DNA of 64,000 nt from NCBI RefSeq assembly GCF_009914755.1, contig NC_060929.1; one strand, written 5' to 3'. Positions within the stretch are counted from its first letter, which is position 1. Each line of letters starts with the position of its first letter. The notes under the pieces are model-generated. The model did not search any database. It was not told the origin of the DNA and saw only the letters and a program-made list of their open reading frames with translations. This DNA is from the human T2T-CHM13v2.0 reference genome, Homo sapiens. The translations under genes and the position numbers were made by a program. Positions 13,741-27,803 of the stretch are shown piece by piece.

Positions 13741-14055
13741 CAGTTGGCTCCCTCTATTCATCGCTCCACATCTGTGAGGTCAACCAACTATGGATCAAAA
13801 ATACTTGGAAAAAAATTTGCATCTGTGCTAAACATGTGCAGACACTTCTTGTCCTTATTCCTTAGACAATACAGTATAACTACTATTTACACAACACTTA
13901 CATTGTATTAGGTGTTACAAATAATCTAAAGAGGGTTTAAAATATACAGGAGGATGCCCGTAGGTTGTATGCTAACGCTACCGAGCATCTTTGAATTCTG
14001 GTATCTAAGGGAGGTCCTGGAAGCAATCCCCCAAAAGATACCAAGGGACAAGTGC
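13741..14055. mobile_element. MER2 (TcMar-Tigger) element
   Basis: caaccaactatggatcaaaaatacttgg..aatacagtataactactatttacac..acattgtattaggt..caatccccc..gataccaagggaca. Confidence 0.8.
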
Positions 14056-15386
14056 AAATGCTTCCACAAAAATGAGGAAATAAGAGAACGACTGGAGATT
14101 TGGCAAAAAGAAGATCCATCATAAGACAAAGTTGTAGGAAATACCCTAGATGATGGAGATCCCTTGGACCACAGCTTCCTAAGAAATGTGCTGAAAGACA
14201 CTGAAGTCTATCTTGAGTGAGTTATAAATATATCTAGGTATTAATCCATTCAAACCTAGAACTGCTTGGTAGGGGTTGGGGCTACTGGAGCCTCTGTGAT
14301 GCCTCTGGCCACAAGCGGTCTCGGCTATTTACCACACTCTGTGCTATACAAATATTATCAGTGTCTATGTGAGCCTTCTGTGAATAAGGTTGGGAAGCCA
14401 GCCAGAAAGCCCTCAGAGATTTATTCGCAAAGATAAAATTGATAAAGTACTTAGTATATTTGAAAATTCCAAGGAGATCTACACAGCCTGCAAAGAATTT
14501 AGGATTAAAGTAATGAAGCAGAGAAATAAACACAAAAAAACAAGATAATATAAGGAGTGTACAAAAAATTGTGGATTTTTTTATAGACCATAATACAAAT
14601 GATGAATACTGTTCTACCAAAAATTATCATAGACTCTATTGGAAAAAGCTAGGAAAATGGCAGGCTGCGGGGAGAAGGAGGGAGAGGGAGGAGCAGAGAG
14701 AAATGAGGCGGTGGGGGGAGAGGAGGAAAGGGAGGGGGTTGCTATCAAGAAATAGCAACATAAGCATGTTATTTGGAGAAATGAAGATAAATAATGAAAG
14801 AGATCAGTTAAAAGAGTTGAAACAGGTCGTTTCCAGGGAAAGTCAAGGAGGAGTATTTGTGTGTGGGGGAGCAGTGCCTGGTGAGCTCTTCCCAGTGTGT
14901 GCAGCACACAGCTCCCACTGCTGGACACAGAGACCACAGACAGACAAGTGCCTCACAAATGAAACATGAATGCAAAGTGTTCTTGATTTTTAAATTATTA
15001 TAAAATAATAGCATTAGTGCAAAATAATAGGATATCATAAAATGACTGATCACAAGCAATTTTGTCTTAAATACTGACATTAATAACGTACTATTAATAA
15101 AAATGCCCTGAGGCATTTTCCCTTACTTTACAGTTCTAAAGAAATGTGTTCTTTCTCATTGCTTCTTGCTATTATTTTCCCAAATTTTTTCCCAAAAGTA
15201 AGGAATTACTGCCTTGTCATTGGCTGACTTACACATGTTGTAGAATGAGCTATATGGTTTTAGCCTAACAGTCCCTTCATTTAAGTTTGATTTCACTCAC
15301 ATTTCAGAGTGTCCCTCTTTAATTCTAGTATTCTCTAGTTAGTTCCTCCTCAAGTTACATTAAAAATTAAAAAAGCCTCGTCCCTA

Positions 15387-16314
15387 TCCATCTGACAAAG
15401 GGCTAATATCCAGAATCTACAAGGAACTTAAACAAATTTACAAGAAAAAAATCAAACAACCCCATCAAAAAAGCGGGCAAACGATATGCACAGACACTTC
15501 TCAAAAGAAGACATTTATGTGGCCAAGAACAAAAAGGTCATCATCACTGGTCATTAGAGAAATGCAAATCAAAACCACAATGAGATACCATCTCATGCCA
15601 GTTAGAATGGCGATCATTAAAAAGACAGGAAACAACAGATGTTGGAGAGGATGTGGAGAAATAGGAATGCTTTTACACTGTTGGTGGGAGTGTGAATTAG
15701 TTCAACCACTGTGGAGGACAGTGTGGCAATTCCTCAAGGATTTAGAAGCAGAAATACCATTTGACCCAGCCATCCCATTACTGGCTATATACCCAAAGGA
15801 TTATAAATCATTCTACTATAAAGACACATGCACACATAGGTTTACTGCAGCACTATTCACAACAGCAAAGACTTGGAACCCACCCAAACACCCATCAATG
15901 ATAGACTGGATGAAGAAAATGTGGCACATACACACCATGGAGTACTATGCAGCCATAAAAAAGGATGAGTTCATGTCCTTTGCAGGGACATGAATGAAGT
16001 TGGAAGCCATCATTCTCAGCAAACTAACACAGGAACAGAAAACCAAACACCGCATGTTCTCACTTATAAGTGGGAGTTGAACAATGAGAACACACGGACA
16101 CAGGGAGGGGGACATCACACATCGGGGCCTGTCAGGGATGGGGGGCTAGGGAAAGGATAGCATTAGGAGAAATACCGAATGTAGATGATGGATTGATGAG
16201 TGCAGCAAACCACCATGGCACGTATACACCTATGTAACAAACCTTCAGGTTTGTACATGTATCCCAGAATTTAAAGTGTAATAAAAAATTATAAAATTTA
16301 ATAAATAAAAAAAT
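15387..16314 (+). mobile_element. 5'-truncated L1PA: ORF2 C-terminus, 3' UTR and poly-A
   Basis: ORF 15517-15993 reads like the L1 ORF2p C-terminus ([46 protein letters not shown]); 17-bp TSD AAAAAGCCT(C/T)GTCCCTA at 15370-15386 and 16315-16331. Confidence 0.95.
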
Positions 16315-16653
16315 AAAAAGCCTTGTCCCTAAAGGGAGTAGTGACAAATAATATTTGTTTAGCAGCTTTACAGATATACTATTTACTTTGCAGACCCCAG
16401 AGCAAATATTGCCACTTTACAAAAGATACAAACTAGGTTTGAGGAGTTATCCTAAGCCTGTAAGTGGTAACCCAGAATGCAAAATGTTAGGCCATAATGA
16501 CAAGTTAAGCAATATAATTTAAATAAATAATACCTTTAAGACAGCACCTGCAGAACTGTATCAAAGCTAGCTGCAAATTAGATTAACAGACAAGACTTGC
16601 CATTAGAATCAAGAAAAGTGAGAGTCTGCAGGCTGAATTAAGATGGGCTTTAA

Positions 16654-17216
<563 letters not shown>

Positions 17217-17324
17217 AAAATAAGGAGTAGGATTTGACCTGGGTCTTGAAATGCAGGTTCGAGTAGGATACGTGAGAAGGGGAGGACATTTTAAATTAAA
17301 ATATATATATTTCTTATAAAATAT

Positions 17325-17475
17325 AAATTGTAGCAGTTAAGAGCAGACTCTGAAACCAAGCTGCCTGGGTTGGAATCCTGACTCCACCACTTAAAGTCTT
17401 CCTGTGACTCTGTATCATCTGTAAAATGGGAATAATAATAGTATCACCCTCCTGGGACTGTTGTGAGGATAAAAA
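17325..17475 (+). mobile_element. MIR element
   Basis: gttaagagcagactctgaa..cctgggttggaatcctgactccaccactt..catctgtaaaatgggaataataatagta..gttgtgaggat. Confidence 0.8.
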
Positions 17476-17488
17476 GAATCAAGGTATA

Positions 17489-18410
17489 CAGTAATGTGCT
17501 ATATAACAATACTTCAGTCAATGTGGGACCACATATACCATGGTGATCCTATAAGATTATAATGGAGCTGAAAAATTCCTATTACCAAGTGACATCATAG
17601 CCAACATAATGTCATAGTGCAACGTATTACTCATGTGTCTGTGGTGATGCTGGAATAACAAACATACTGTGCTGCTGGTATAAGAGTATAACACATATAA
17701 TTGTGCTCTGTACATAATACTTGATAATGATAATAAATGACTATGTTACTGGTGTATGTATTTAGTGTACTACACTTTCTATCATTATTTTTGAGGGTAC
17801 TCCTTCTACATGTTTTTAAAAGTTAACTGTAAAACAGCCTCAGGCAGGTCCTTCAGGAGGTATTCCAGAAGAAGGCATGGTTACCAGAGGAGATGACAGC
17901 TCCATGCATGTTACTGCCCCGAAGACCTTCCAGTGGGACAAGATGTGGAGGTGGCAGACTGTTATACTGATGATCCTGGCCCTGCGTAGGCCTAGGCTAA
18001 CGTGTGTGTTTTTGTCCTTGTTTTTAACAAAAAAGTTTACAAAGTTAAAGAAAAATAATTTTTAAAAATACAAAAAAGCTTGTAGAGTAAGGATATAAAA
18101 ATATTTTTGTACAGCTGTACTATGTGTTTGTTTTAAGCTAAGTGTTAATACAAAAGAGTCAAAATATTTTTTAAAAATTAAAAGTTCTGAAGTAAAAAAG
18201 TTACAGTAAGCTAAGGTTAATTTATTACCAAAGAAAGATAAAAAGTTTTATAAGTTTAGTGTGGTCTAATTGTACCATGTAGACTACAGTGGTGAATAGT
18301 CATGTCCTAGGCCCTCAATTCACTCACTGACTCACCCAGAGAAACTTTTAGTCCTGCAAGCTCCATTCACGGTAAGTGCCTTATACAGGTGTACCATTTT
18401 TTATCTCTTT
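17489..18410. mobile_element. Tigger3b/MER7-type DNA transposon, left part (interrupted by L1MA)
   Basis: ataagattataatggagctgaaaaattcctatt..aaaacagcctcaggcaggtccttcaggaggtattccagaagaaggc..ggagatgacagctccatgcatgtt..aagctccattcacggtaagtgcc. Confidence 0.8.
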
Positions 18411-18411
18411 A

Positions 18412-21400
18412 AACATTTTATTGATACATAGTATTTATGGGATACATGTGAGTATTGGTTACATGCACAGAATGTGTAATGATCAAGTCAGGGTATTTGG
18501 GGTATCCATTATCTCATGAGTATTATCATTTCTGTGTTGGGAACATTTCAAGTCTTCTAGCTACCTTGAAATATATAATACATGGATGCTAACTACAGTC
18601 ACCCTACTTGACTATCTAACACAGAACTTATATCTTCTATCTAACTGTACATTTGTACCCATTCACCAACCTCTCTTCCTGCCCCGTCCCACCAACACAC
18701 CCTTCTCAGTCTCTAGTATCTATCATTCTGTTACTAATAATATCTTTACCTCCATGAGATCAGCTTTTTTAGTCTCCATGAGTGAGTGAGAACATACTAT
18801 ATTTATCTTTCTGTGCCTGGCTTATTTCGCTTAGCGTAGTGGCCTCCAGTTCCATCCTGGTTGCTGAAGATGACATGATTTCATTCTTTTTTATGGCCAA
18901 ACAGAATTCCATTGTGTGTATATATCACATTTTCTTTATCCACTCATCTACTGGACACTTAGGTTGATTCCACATATTTTCTATTGTGAATAGTGGCATG
19001 ATAAACATGTGAATTCAGGTAACCCTTTAATACACTGATTTATTTTCCTTTGGACAGATACCCAGAAGTGGGACTGCTGGATCCTATAGGAGTTCTCTTT
19101 TTAGTTTTTTGAGAAATCTCCATACCGATTTCCATAGTAGTTGTACTAATTTACATTCCCAGTCGCATTGTATAAGAGCTTCCCATGCTCCACATCCTCA
19201 CCAATATATAAGTTTTTTTTGTCTTTTTAATAATAGCCATTCTAATAGAGGTGAGCTGATTTGATTGTGGTTTTAATTTGTATTTCCCTGGTAAGTAGTG
19301 ATATTGAGCATTTTTTCATACACCTGTTGTCCATATGTCTTCTTTTGAGAAATGTCTATTCATGTCCTTTGCCCACATTACAATGGGAGTATTAATTTTT
19401 TAATTGTTGAGTTGTTTTAGTTCACGGTAGGTTCTGGATATTCGTCCTTTGTTGGATGAATAGTTTGGAAATGTTTTCTCCCATTCAACCGTCTCTTCAC
19501 TCCACTGTTTCCACTGTTGTGCAGAAGCTTTTTAGTTTAATATAATCTATTTTTGCTTCTGCTGTCTGTGCTTTTGCAGTTTTAGCCATAAAATCTTTAC
19601 CTGGACCAATGTCCTATAGTATTTTCCCCATGTTTTATAGTTTCAGTCTTATGTTTAAGTCTTTCATCTATCTTGAGTTGATTTTTGTATATGAGAGACA
19701 GAGATCCAGTTTCATTCTTCTGCATATGAATATCCAATTTTCCCAGTACCATTTATTGAAGATGATATCCTTTCCCCAACTATGTATGTTCTTGGTACCT
19801 TTGTCAAAGATAAGTTTGCTATAAAAACATAGTTATTTCTGGATTCTCTACTCTGTTCCACTGGTCTATGTATCTGTTTTTATACAAGTAACATGCTGTT
19901 TTGATTACTATAGATAACCTTTTAATATATTTTGAAGTTGAGTAGTGTGATGTCTCCAAGTTTGTTCTTTTACTCAGGACTGCTTCAGCTATTTGGGTTT
20001 CTTTTGACTTCATACAAATTTTAGGATTGTTTTTTCTATTTCTGTGGAAAATGACATTGGCATTTTTGTAGGGAATGCATTGAATCTAAATGTGCAGATT
20101 GCTTTGGGCAGTTTGGTCCTGTTAATGATATTAATTCTTCCAATCTGTAAGCATGGAATGTCTTTGTGTCCTCTTCAATTTCTTTCATCAGTTTTGTAGT
20201 TTTCCTTATAGAGATCTTCCAACTACTTGGTTAAATTTATTCCTAGGTACTTTATTTTTCTGTAGCTATTGTAAATGGGATGGCTTTCTTGATTTTTCAG
20301 CCAGTTCATTATTAGCATATAGAAACACTTCTCATTTTTCTATATTGATTTTACCTCCTGCAACTTTACTAACTTTATTTACAGATCTAAGTTTTTTGGG
20401 GGAGTCTTTACACTTTTCTAGATACAAGATTATATCACCAGCAAAGAGGGACAATTTGACTCTCTCTTTCCCAATTTGGATCCCTTTTATTTTCTCTCTT
20501 GCCCGACTGCTCTGGCTAGGACTTCCAGTACTATTGTTGAATAAGAGTGGCGTAAGTGGTCCAGTCTTTGGGTCCCGGCAGTGGAAGTGGTAAGCCGAGT
20601 ATGCCTGTCTTTGGACCCCAGGATGGCATTCACTGGCCCCATTGTTAGTGGGTCCAAGGGGGCCAATTCTTGAGCGTCCAGGTGGCTTGCTTGGATGCTG
20701 GTATTGAGAGTGGTGGGCTGGGTACGTTCTCAGGCCCCTGGCCAGCAGGTGTGGTGTGGGTGATGGCAGTAGCAGTGGTAGGATAACCCTCTGGGTCTTG
20801 AGCAGTGCACTCTGGTGCTGACAGTAGATACAATGTGCTGAGTGGGCCAGTCTTCAGGCCCGCAGGTAGCATGTGCAGTAGGTGCCAGCTGTGGTGGTAG
20901 CAGCAGGGTGTGTGGGCCTAATCTCAGGCCCCTAGAAGAGGTGCTCAGGTGCTGATGGTGGTAGACTAGGCTAGGTGATTCCTAGGTCCATAGGCTGTAA
21001 GTTCTGGCACCAGGGCAAGGGAACAAAGCTGGGTGGGCTTGTCCTCAGGCCCTCTCGTAGTACATGTAGACACTAGCTGTGGTAGGCAGGCATGCGGTGT
21101 TCCCCATGCTCCCTCCAGAATGCTCAGGTGGACAGCAGCAGTGGCTGTGCTGCGGCCCTGCTACTGAGGAGGAAGAGATTGCTTTCAATGGTAGCCATAG
21201 GCATGCAAGTGGGGAACGCACAATTTGCATTCTAGTCTCAGTAGCTGTAGTCTGCGCTTCACTCACGCTTCAGCCTTAGTGGTGGCACATCACGCCCCAC
21301 TTGTGCTTCAGCAGTTGCAGGCAGGGGACTCTGGGCACATGGAATGCACTTTAGCAGTGGAGCCACTGCTGGTGTTCTGCTGGCTGCCTCACTTTCCTCT

Positions 21401-21566
21401 TCCTTCCCTGCTTTAGGTGCTTCCTGTCACTTCTCTTGAATCCCGATGCTCTCTCTAGGATGATCTATTTGAAGTGTGAAGATCTACTATTCCCTATCTT
21501 GGTTCTTCTTTGTAGAGAAGTTGAGTACGAGGTGCCTCTAGTCAGCCATCTTGAAGTCCCTCCTCC
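18412..21566 (-). mobile_element. L1MA element with 3' end, ORF2 tail and 5' UTR but a large internal deletion
   Basis: 3' UTR from 18412 (AATAAA at 18417-18422); ORF2 homology to ~20560 (e.g. KNRYIDQWNRVENPEI); GC-richer 5' UTR-like sequence ending ..ctagtcagccatcttgaag (YY1-type site). Confidence 0.8.
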
Positions 21567-21574
21567 ATTTAAAG

Positions 21575-21735
21575 TCTTCTATACCATATTTTTACATATC
21601 TTTTCTATATTTAGATACAGAAATACTTACCAATATATTACAATTGCCTCCATTATTCAGTACAGTAACATGCCATGCAGGTTTGTATGTGGCCTAGAAG
21701 CAATAGGCTATTGTCCCATATAGGCTAGGTGCTAG
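21575..21735. mobile_element. Tigger3b/MER7-type, right part
   Basis: ttttctatatttagataca..aatacttacc..ttacaattgcct..attcagtacagtaacatgc..gcctagaagcaataggcta continues the element at 17489-18410. Confidence 0.7.
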
Positions 21736-22496
21736 CTGACTATTGTTATTTTAGGAATGAAATACATGGGTTGTCAAAGAGAAACAATAAGAAAGTATGA
21801 AATATAGAATAATCTTTTTTATTATCTTTACTATTTTATCTATGTACTTGAGCAACTTGAACAAATAAACTGTAAAATCATGAGATGGTCTTCTAATTCT
21901 TAAACCTGTAACTAAGCAAACTCCAAATCTATCAAGAAAAAGAGTAAAAGGCTGAAAGGGAGCATTTCCAGGTAACAGCTGTCAAACTTTTCATAAATGT
22001 TGTTCATTACTCCTTAGAGGCCATTCATAAACAGGAATGAAAAAACGAGAGAGGGAAAAAGCATGTACTGATAAATTCAAGCTTATAGATTTATAAAAAA
22101 AAATTCTCTATGGCTAAGTTCTGGCTAAACATGCTTCAAAACATTAGACAAAGGTAAAATAATACACTAAATTAAATGTGCACTTTCATTTACATAAAAA
22201 CATGCATATAAACAAGTCCAGACAGGAATACACAAAAACAGTACTTACTATTTTCAAGTGGTAGAATCACGGCTTATTTCTCCCCTAATTTCCTATGCTA
22301 TCTGTAATGGTTACACATCATTTAATAATTAACAAGTGATTTTTAAATCATGCATGATGTTTTTAATGAACCCTGAAAGGTATCTGATTTACTTCCTAAA
22401 TAATCCAAAAGTTCACTGATACCACCTTAAGGCTTCTTAAAAAAAATTATTCAGTTTCTTTAATGTCATAGGAAGAAAATCTATGTTCAAACTTAC

Positions 22497-22660
22497 TAAT
22501 TTTACGAGCTCCATACTCTCTTTACGTAGAACTTTAATTTCCCAGATAACATTTGAGCGGTGTGGAAAAACTGAACCCCTGTCGTTCCACTTTAGGTATA
22601 ATGTAGAGGTTGAGAAATCAGCAGACAAATTCAAGATCTCTGGAGTATCTGGAATTAAGG
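22497..22660 (-). CDS. LIFR: LIFR exon 5 (164 nt), D2 first half
   Basis: Translates (S)LIPDTPEILNLSADFSTSTLYLKWNDRGSVFPHRSNVIWEIKVLRKESMELVKL; TTTTTAAAG acceptor, GTAAGT donor. Confidence 0.97.
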
Positions 22661-22827
22661 CTTTAAAAAGAGGAAACAAAAGAGAAAACTTAGTAAAATA
22701 AGTAATGATTTTTCATACTGTAACTCCACTAATCAACTACTTATAAACTCTATTCCTTCTTGATCAAAAAATCAATAATCAAGATTTAAAAGGAAACTCT
22801 AGAACCCAGTAATAAGGACATGGACTG

Positions 22828-23662
22828 AGATGCCATATATGGAAAAGATAAAATGTCATGGATATTTCAAAGAAATGACTGGATCAAAGAAATGAAGGGT
22901 TGGTTCTAATGAGAAAGGGAAACGACTAATATTCTCTCAAATTTCTGAAAAAGGGGAACATATATATTATTTATTTGTAGAGGCAGCTCCCAATGCTTCA
23001 TCAGCCAAATTTAAGAAAATTATTTATTAGCTGGCTGTTTCAAATCCACAGCACATTTTCTAATACAAACAGCAACTAGGTTTCCACAGTACTCTAGTGT
23101 CATTTAGTCAGGAACCTACAGGTAGGCAACATCAGAGAGAAGAAAACGAGTTTCCTCTGTATGGCTGTAGGGCAGCCCTAAGAAAATAACAAAATATAGA
23201 AAGCTTCCTTTGGTAAAGGCTTCTCTCTGTTTTCTCTGCAGCTGTCTCAGGCATCTCCTGGTGTCAAGAGTCTCTCGTGCTGGGGGATGTCACCCACTTG
23301 AGAAATGCTATGGGCATTACTGATTTTCAATACCATTAAACAGTAGCAGGATTGTCTCAGTGACTAAGGCATTGAGTTAAGAAGCCAGTGGTTACTGTGC
23401 AGAAGTAGCAGGATATAAGAAGTGTGTCAGAAAGGTTCCTTTATCAGTAGTATGCAACACAGACTGCGGGGGATTGAGACAGGGGATAAGGTGACCAATT
23501 AGGAGACCACTGGAGCAATCCTGGCTAGAGTGACAAGGATATAAACTAAGATGCCATCTATGGAAAAGATGTCATGGATATTTCAAAGAAATGACTACAT
23601 CAAAGAAATAAACGGTTGGTTCTAATGAAAAAGGGAAACAACCAATATTCTCTCAAGTTTCT
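22828..23662 (+). repeat. Dispersed direct repeat of ~115-120 bp (22828-22946 and 23549-23662)
   Basis: Both copies share agatgcca..atggaaaagat..gtcatggatatttcaaagaaatgact..atcaaagaaat..ggttggttctaatga.aaagggaaac..aatattctctcaa.tttct. Confidence 0.9.
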
Positions 23663-25486
23663 AGCTCAGAAAGCAGCAAGAGGAGCAAAAGGAATCGGGA
23701 ATCACTGTGAAGAGACACAGAAGCCTGGCTATGGATGAGTAAGGGTCAGGGGAAGAAGACACCATGGAGTCAGAACGTGGATGCAGACTTAAAAGGAACT
23801 GATTGAGTGTAGTGGTAGAAAAGAGCATGAACACAAAGACATAAACCAGCCAAAGCTCCTTTTAGGGGCTGCCAATAGACAATTACATCTTCAAGGAGCC
23901 AAAAACACCAACATGAATCCAGAGAGGGAATCCTAGAAGCAGAAGGAAACCAGAGAAAATCCAGGATCATCGAAATAAAAACAAATAGTTGTTACCTGTG
24001 CCAAATAAAACAGTTTATAGAGGAAGACTGTGGAAAAACCACTGGCGAGGCTACTGTTAATATCTGAGAAAGAAGTTTAGGAGAACAGTGGGCTCTGAAG
24101 CTGCATTACAAAAGGTAAAAGAGAAAAAAATCCATGCTCAAAGGTTTGGGCATCTCCTAGGGAGAATCCAGGACACTAAAAAAGGTAGCAGGAAGAGTAA
24201 TGTATCCTTGAAAATCATTAACTCTCCCTAAGGGCGGATAAATCATGGAAAATTTTGGACCAATGGAAAACAAAGAAGGTATGAGCATGTTCCATTCTAT
24301 GAAATGTAGACTTTCTGGTTTGAGAATCAGAGAGACTTGGACTTTCTTCCATGTTTCCTCCTCAAATAACAGTAAAGTAAAGGTGAGTTAGAAGAAATCC
24401 ATAGACTCACCCTTTCTTGCCTCATTTCTATCCTAGAAGCTCAAGGACCAATTACATATAGTCATGGTAAGCCCAAAACTGCAGGACAGTGCAGGGCTAG
24501 GGTAGCTGAATATGCTAAATAACAAAAAGGGCAGAACAAACCAATACACATTAATCTCGGAACTTAAAAATAGTTATTAAAAATAGGTTTAACTAAAATT
24601 TGGCCAATACAGTGTTCAACACTGGATTTATGTAAAGTGTTTAGGGCTGTACAGGACACAGAACATGTGGATTTACAGTCTAAACTACAGAGCAAAGTCA
24701 ACAGTTACACAGCTGTATAAGGACAGTGGAGGATGCTTTAAAAAGAAGTTTTAAGTGGGCAGCTCCTTGTGGAAAAGGAAAAATGCAGACAAACGAGAGG
24801 CAAGAAGTTGATTTAGTGCCAGGACAGGGAAAGCTCAGGGTGCCAGTGTGACCAGAAAAGAGCAAGAGGCTTCCAAGAACACAGCTATTCTTTCAAATGA
24901 TTCAGGATGTCACATGATGTAGTAACTTACAATTTATGAAACACGGGAGTATTTTACTAAGACAACGCTCATCTTTAAAATGCTTCCCTCCCTGAAAAGT
25001 CCACATAATTTACATTTTATTTAAATAGCAGTGGGCTACTCTTAAAAATACAAGTAATATCCAACATTTCAAGCTAAAGACAGTAATGGCCATAATTACA
25101 AGTACAAGGATTTTAAAAAGCCACTGCTCCCTTTCTTTTCTTTATAGCATATAGGGAAGTTTCCCCTAAGCTCCCATTAACTGCCATCTGCATTTCTTTG
25201 TGCTAAACAGACATGTGAGGACAATGTTAACTTGCTTTCTAGAAACTCAGATAGGGAAGAAATTTAATGAAAATCTTTTTTATTTTCTTCTAATGCTAAT
25301 TCAGCTTTACCCATAATCTACGTGCTCCTGCTTCCTTAGGACATAAGAAGATAAGAGTATTCCCAGCTTTTTTTTACAGGACCCACATTCTGCTTCAGAA
25401 TGACCCAAATTTTCAGGTGATTTTAAGAAATGCAGAAATTAAAAATCTTATGAAGAATTTTTCATGCTTACACATGGTAAGTACAA

Positions 25487-25493
<7 letters not shown>

Positions 25494-25534
<41 letters not shown>
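25494..25534. repeat. (TG)n(TA)n compound microsatellite
   Basis: tgtgtg..gtatatatatatatata. Confidence 0.95.
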
Positions 25535-25536
<2 letters not shown>

Positions 25537-26232
25537 AATCTTGTTTGCTTTATATAATTTAGAAAGCATCTTTAGATCCACAGACACTTAATTTTCATAC
25601 TTTTATTTAGTAGCAAATTGTCAAGAGATCCAGATCCTCTAAAGGACAGCTATACATGCATTGCAGAGCTTCTCTTGCACACAGTAGGTGCTCAAAGATT
25701 TGCTGATGTATCCATCTCCTCCGTTCCTTACACTCACCTAATTTGCTTTTCAATTTTCTTATCCCAATACTGTTATTCTAATCATGATCAGGACCATTAT
25801 TATTTATAATGCTACCAATACATTACATGATATGTAAAACACAATGAACTATTAATCGACTGAGTCTCCTACAGTCTGTCTTGATTTGCCTTTCTGATTC
25901 TAATACTGTCATTTTTCAGTAGCTTCCCAGATAAGACTACACCCTAGAGCAAGGGGCATCTGAGAAATTCTGGAAGGTACGCAGGAGTCAAGGGGGCTAA
26001 AGAAAGAGTATGGAACTGAGGGAAGGAGCCTGAATTCTGGGCTATTTTGACTGGCCAGAAGAAAAGTTTGCTTCCTTCTGATCTTGGCTACCATCTACAA
26101 TTCATAGGGAGGTTGCTGAGTGAATTAAAAGTAATAGCATAACACATGAAATTCAAAAAACTAGAAAGCACCACAATACTAACAAGTGACACTTGACTTA
26201 CTTTAAAATTGAGTTTGTTTTCAAATACTTAC

Positions 26233-26372
26233 AAACGTTTTGTTCATTTAGTGTGAATTTACTTGTAGAACTTCCAAAATCATGTAGAGAATTTATTGTT
26301 ATTTCATAATCACCATGTGAAAGAGCTGGAATTTTAATACTGGTTTTCTCCAACTGATAACAAGAACGGGAC
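26233..26372 (-). CDS. LIFR: LIFR exon 4 (140 nt), D1 second half
   Basis: Translates (R)SRSCYQLEKTSIKIPALSHGDYEITINSLHDFGSSTSKFTLNEQNV; TTATTACAG acceptor, GTAAGT donor. Confidence 0.97.
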
Positions 26373-27439
26373 CTGTAATAAGAAATTGAATTTTAATTAG
26401 CAAATAAAATTAATAGTATAATTTTCATAAAAATTTGGTTAACACAAAATACAATGGAAAATACTTTATGCCCTCTTTGTTGCAAAAACATGATAGGTTG
26501 TACCGCATTTTAAGACTGAAAAAACAGATTGATAGTAACTTTACCAATGTGGGGGTAGGAAAAACAACCTCATTGTACCAAAAGTAGAATAAGCATAGAT
26601 GACTCCAAACAGCTGGAGTTTTTGCATGCCTTTCAAAATCCCACCTCAACCTTCCCTTTGTAGGCTGACTTCCACTACTCACACTCCACCCCTTCACTGA
26701 GGGACCAGTGCATCACAGCGCTCCTCATGCTAGGATGATGTTCAACGGATGCTGATGAAGGAAATGAAACTGGCAACTCCCCTGCTCCTCTGCCTTGGCT
26801 CATGGTTTCTTCTTAACAGAACTTCCTCTTCAGTTCTGTTTTCAAAATGCTTCCAGTTCCCCTGGTATCTCTTAGGCAAAATGATATTTTCCTCTCTTGT
26901 TCCACAGCCCTTGATATCTCTCCAGAGCATGCTTATATTCCTTATACTGTTGTTCATATATGTTTCAAACTTCTTATACAAATGTTTACTTTACTGAAAG
27001 GACTTTCCATGCCTCTTGCATTCCTGCCCCCACCAACTACCCAGCCCCAGCCTTAGGGCTGGGTGCTTAGGACTCTGGACTTGAATGGGTCCAGCTCATC
27101 TCCTTCTAAACCTCTCACATGGTGAGGCTTCTTTAGGCATCAGCAATGCAAAAACACCTGAATTCTCCAAATCACGCCATCTCATACATTCAAGCCATTG
27201 TACTCAATATTCTTTCAGGGTAGAATGTCCTCCTATTCCTTTTCTGCTGAGAAAACTGACTGTGCCTACTCCAGAATTACACCTCCTCTGACAGCCTTTC
27301 TAGACATTCATACTCCTAGTGTCCACTCCCTTGCACAAAAACCACAGCCTTGCTACTATTTGTTTATTGTGACCTCCCAGGGGAGCAGGGGGCCAGAACT
27401 AACTTCCTCTCTGTTTGGCCTGTGGTGGGCATGTGTGCT

Positions 27440-27770
27440 CTTCAGCAAACTTTTCAGGCTCCCCCTTCTGGACTCACACTAAGACCGTCCTTCCCTGCCT
27501 CTCTGAAGCAAGGTATGGCCATGTGGCTTTATTTGGTGGCAGAAATCTGAGTGACAGTCTTATCTACCAGATCTGCACTGAAAGCCACTGCAGACTCTGT
27601 CCCCTCTTCTCACCTTGCCATCACACCTCATAATGCTTGGTGCCCTACAGGAGAAAAATGAGGCAGAGGTCACGGCAGACTCTGCTGGACACAGAACACA
27701 AGCAGGAAATAACCCTTTAGTTTCACAAGCAATAAGGTAAGAACTGAGGGTCGTTTCTGCAATTCAACCT
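27440..27770 (+). mobile_element. Diverged MLT1-type MaLR LTR
   Basis: cttccctgcctctctgaagcaaggtatggccatgtggctt..gcaggaaataaccctttagttt. Confidence 0.5.
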
Positions 27771-27803
27771 AGCTCATTGTGAATTAAAGTAAATTAAAAT
27801 TAC

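Noticed and set aside
14665-14740. Purine-rich G/A tract (similar tracts at 28700-28770 and 61280-61490)
   Set aside because: Low complexity with no clear mirror symmetry or periodicity; no specific function supportable.
15517-15993. 158-aa ORF
   Set aside because: C-terminal fragment of L1 ORF2p in a 5'-truncated element; not a host gene.
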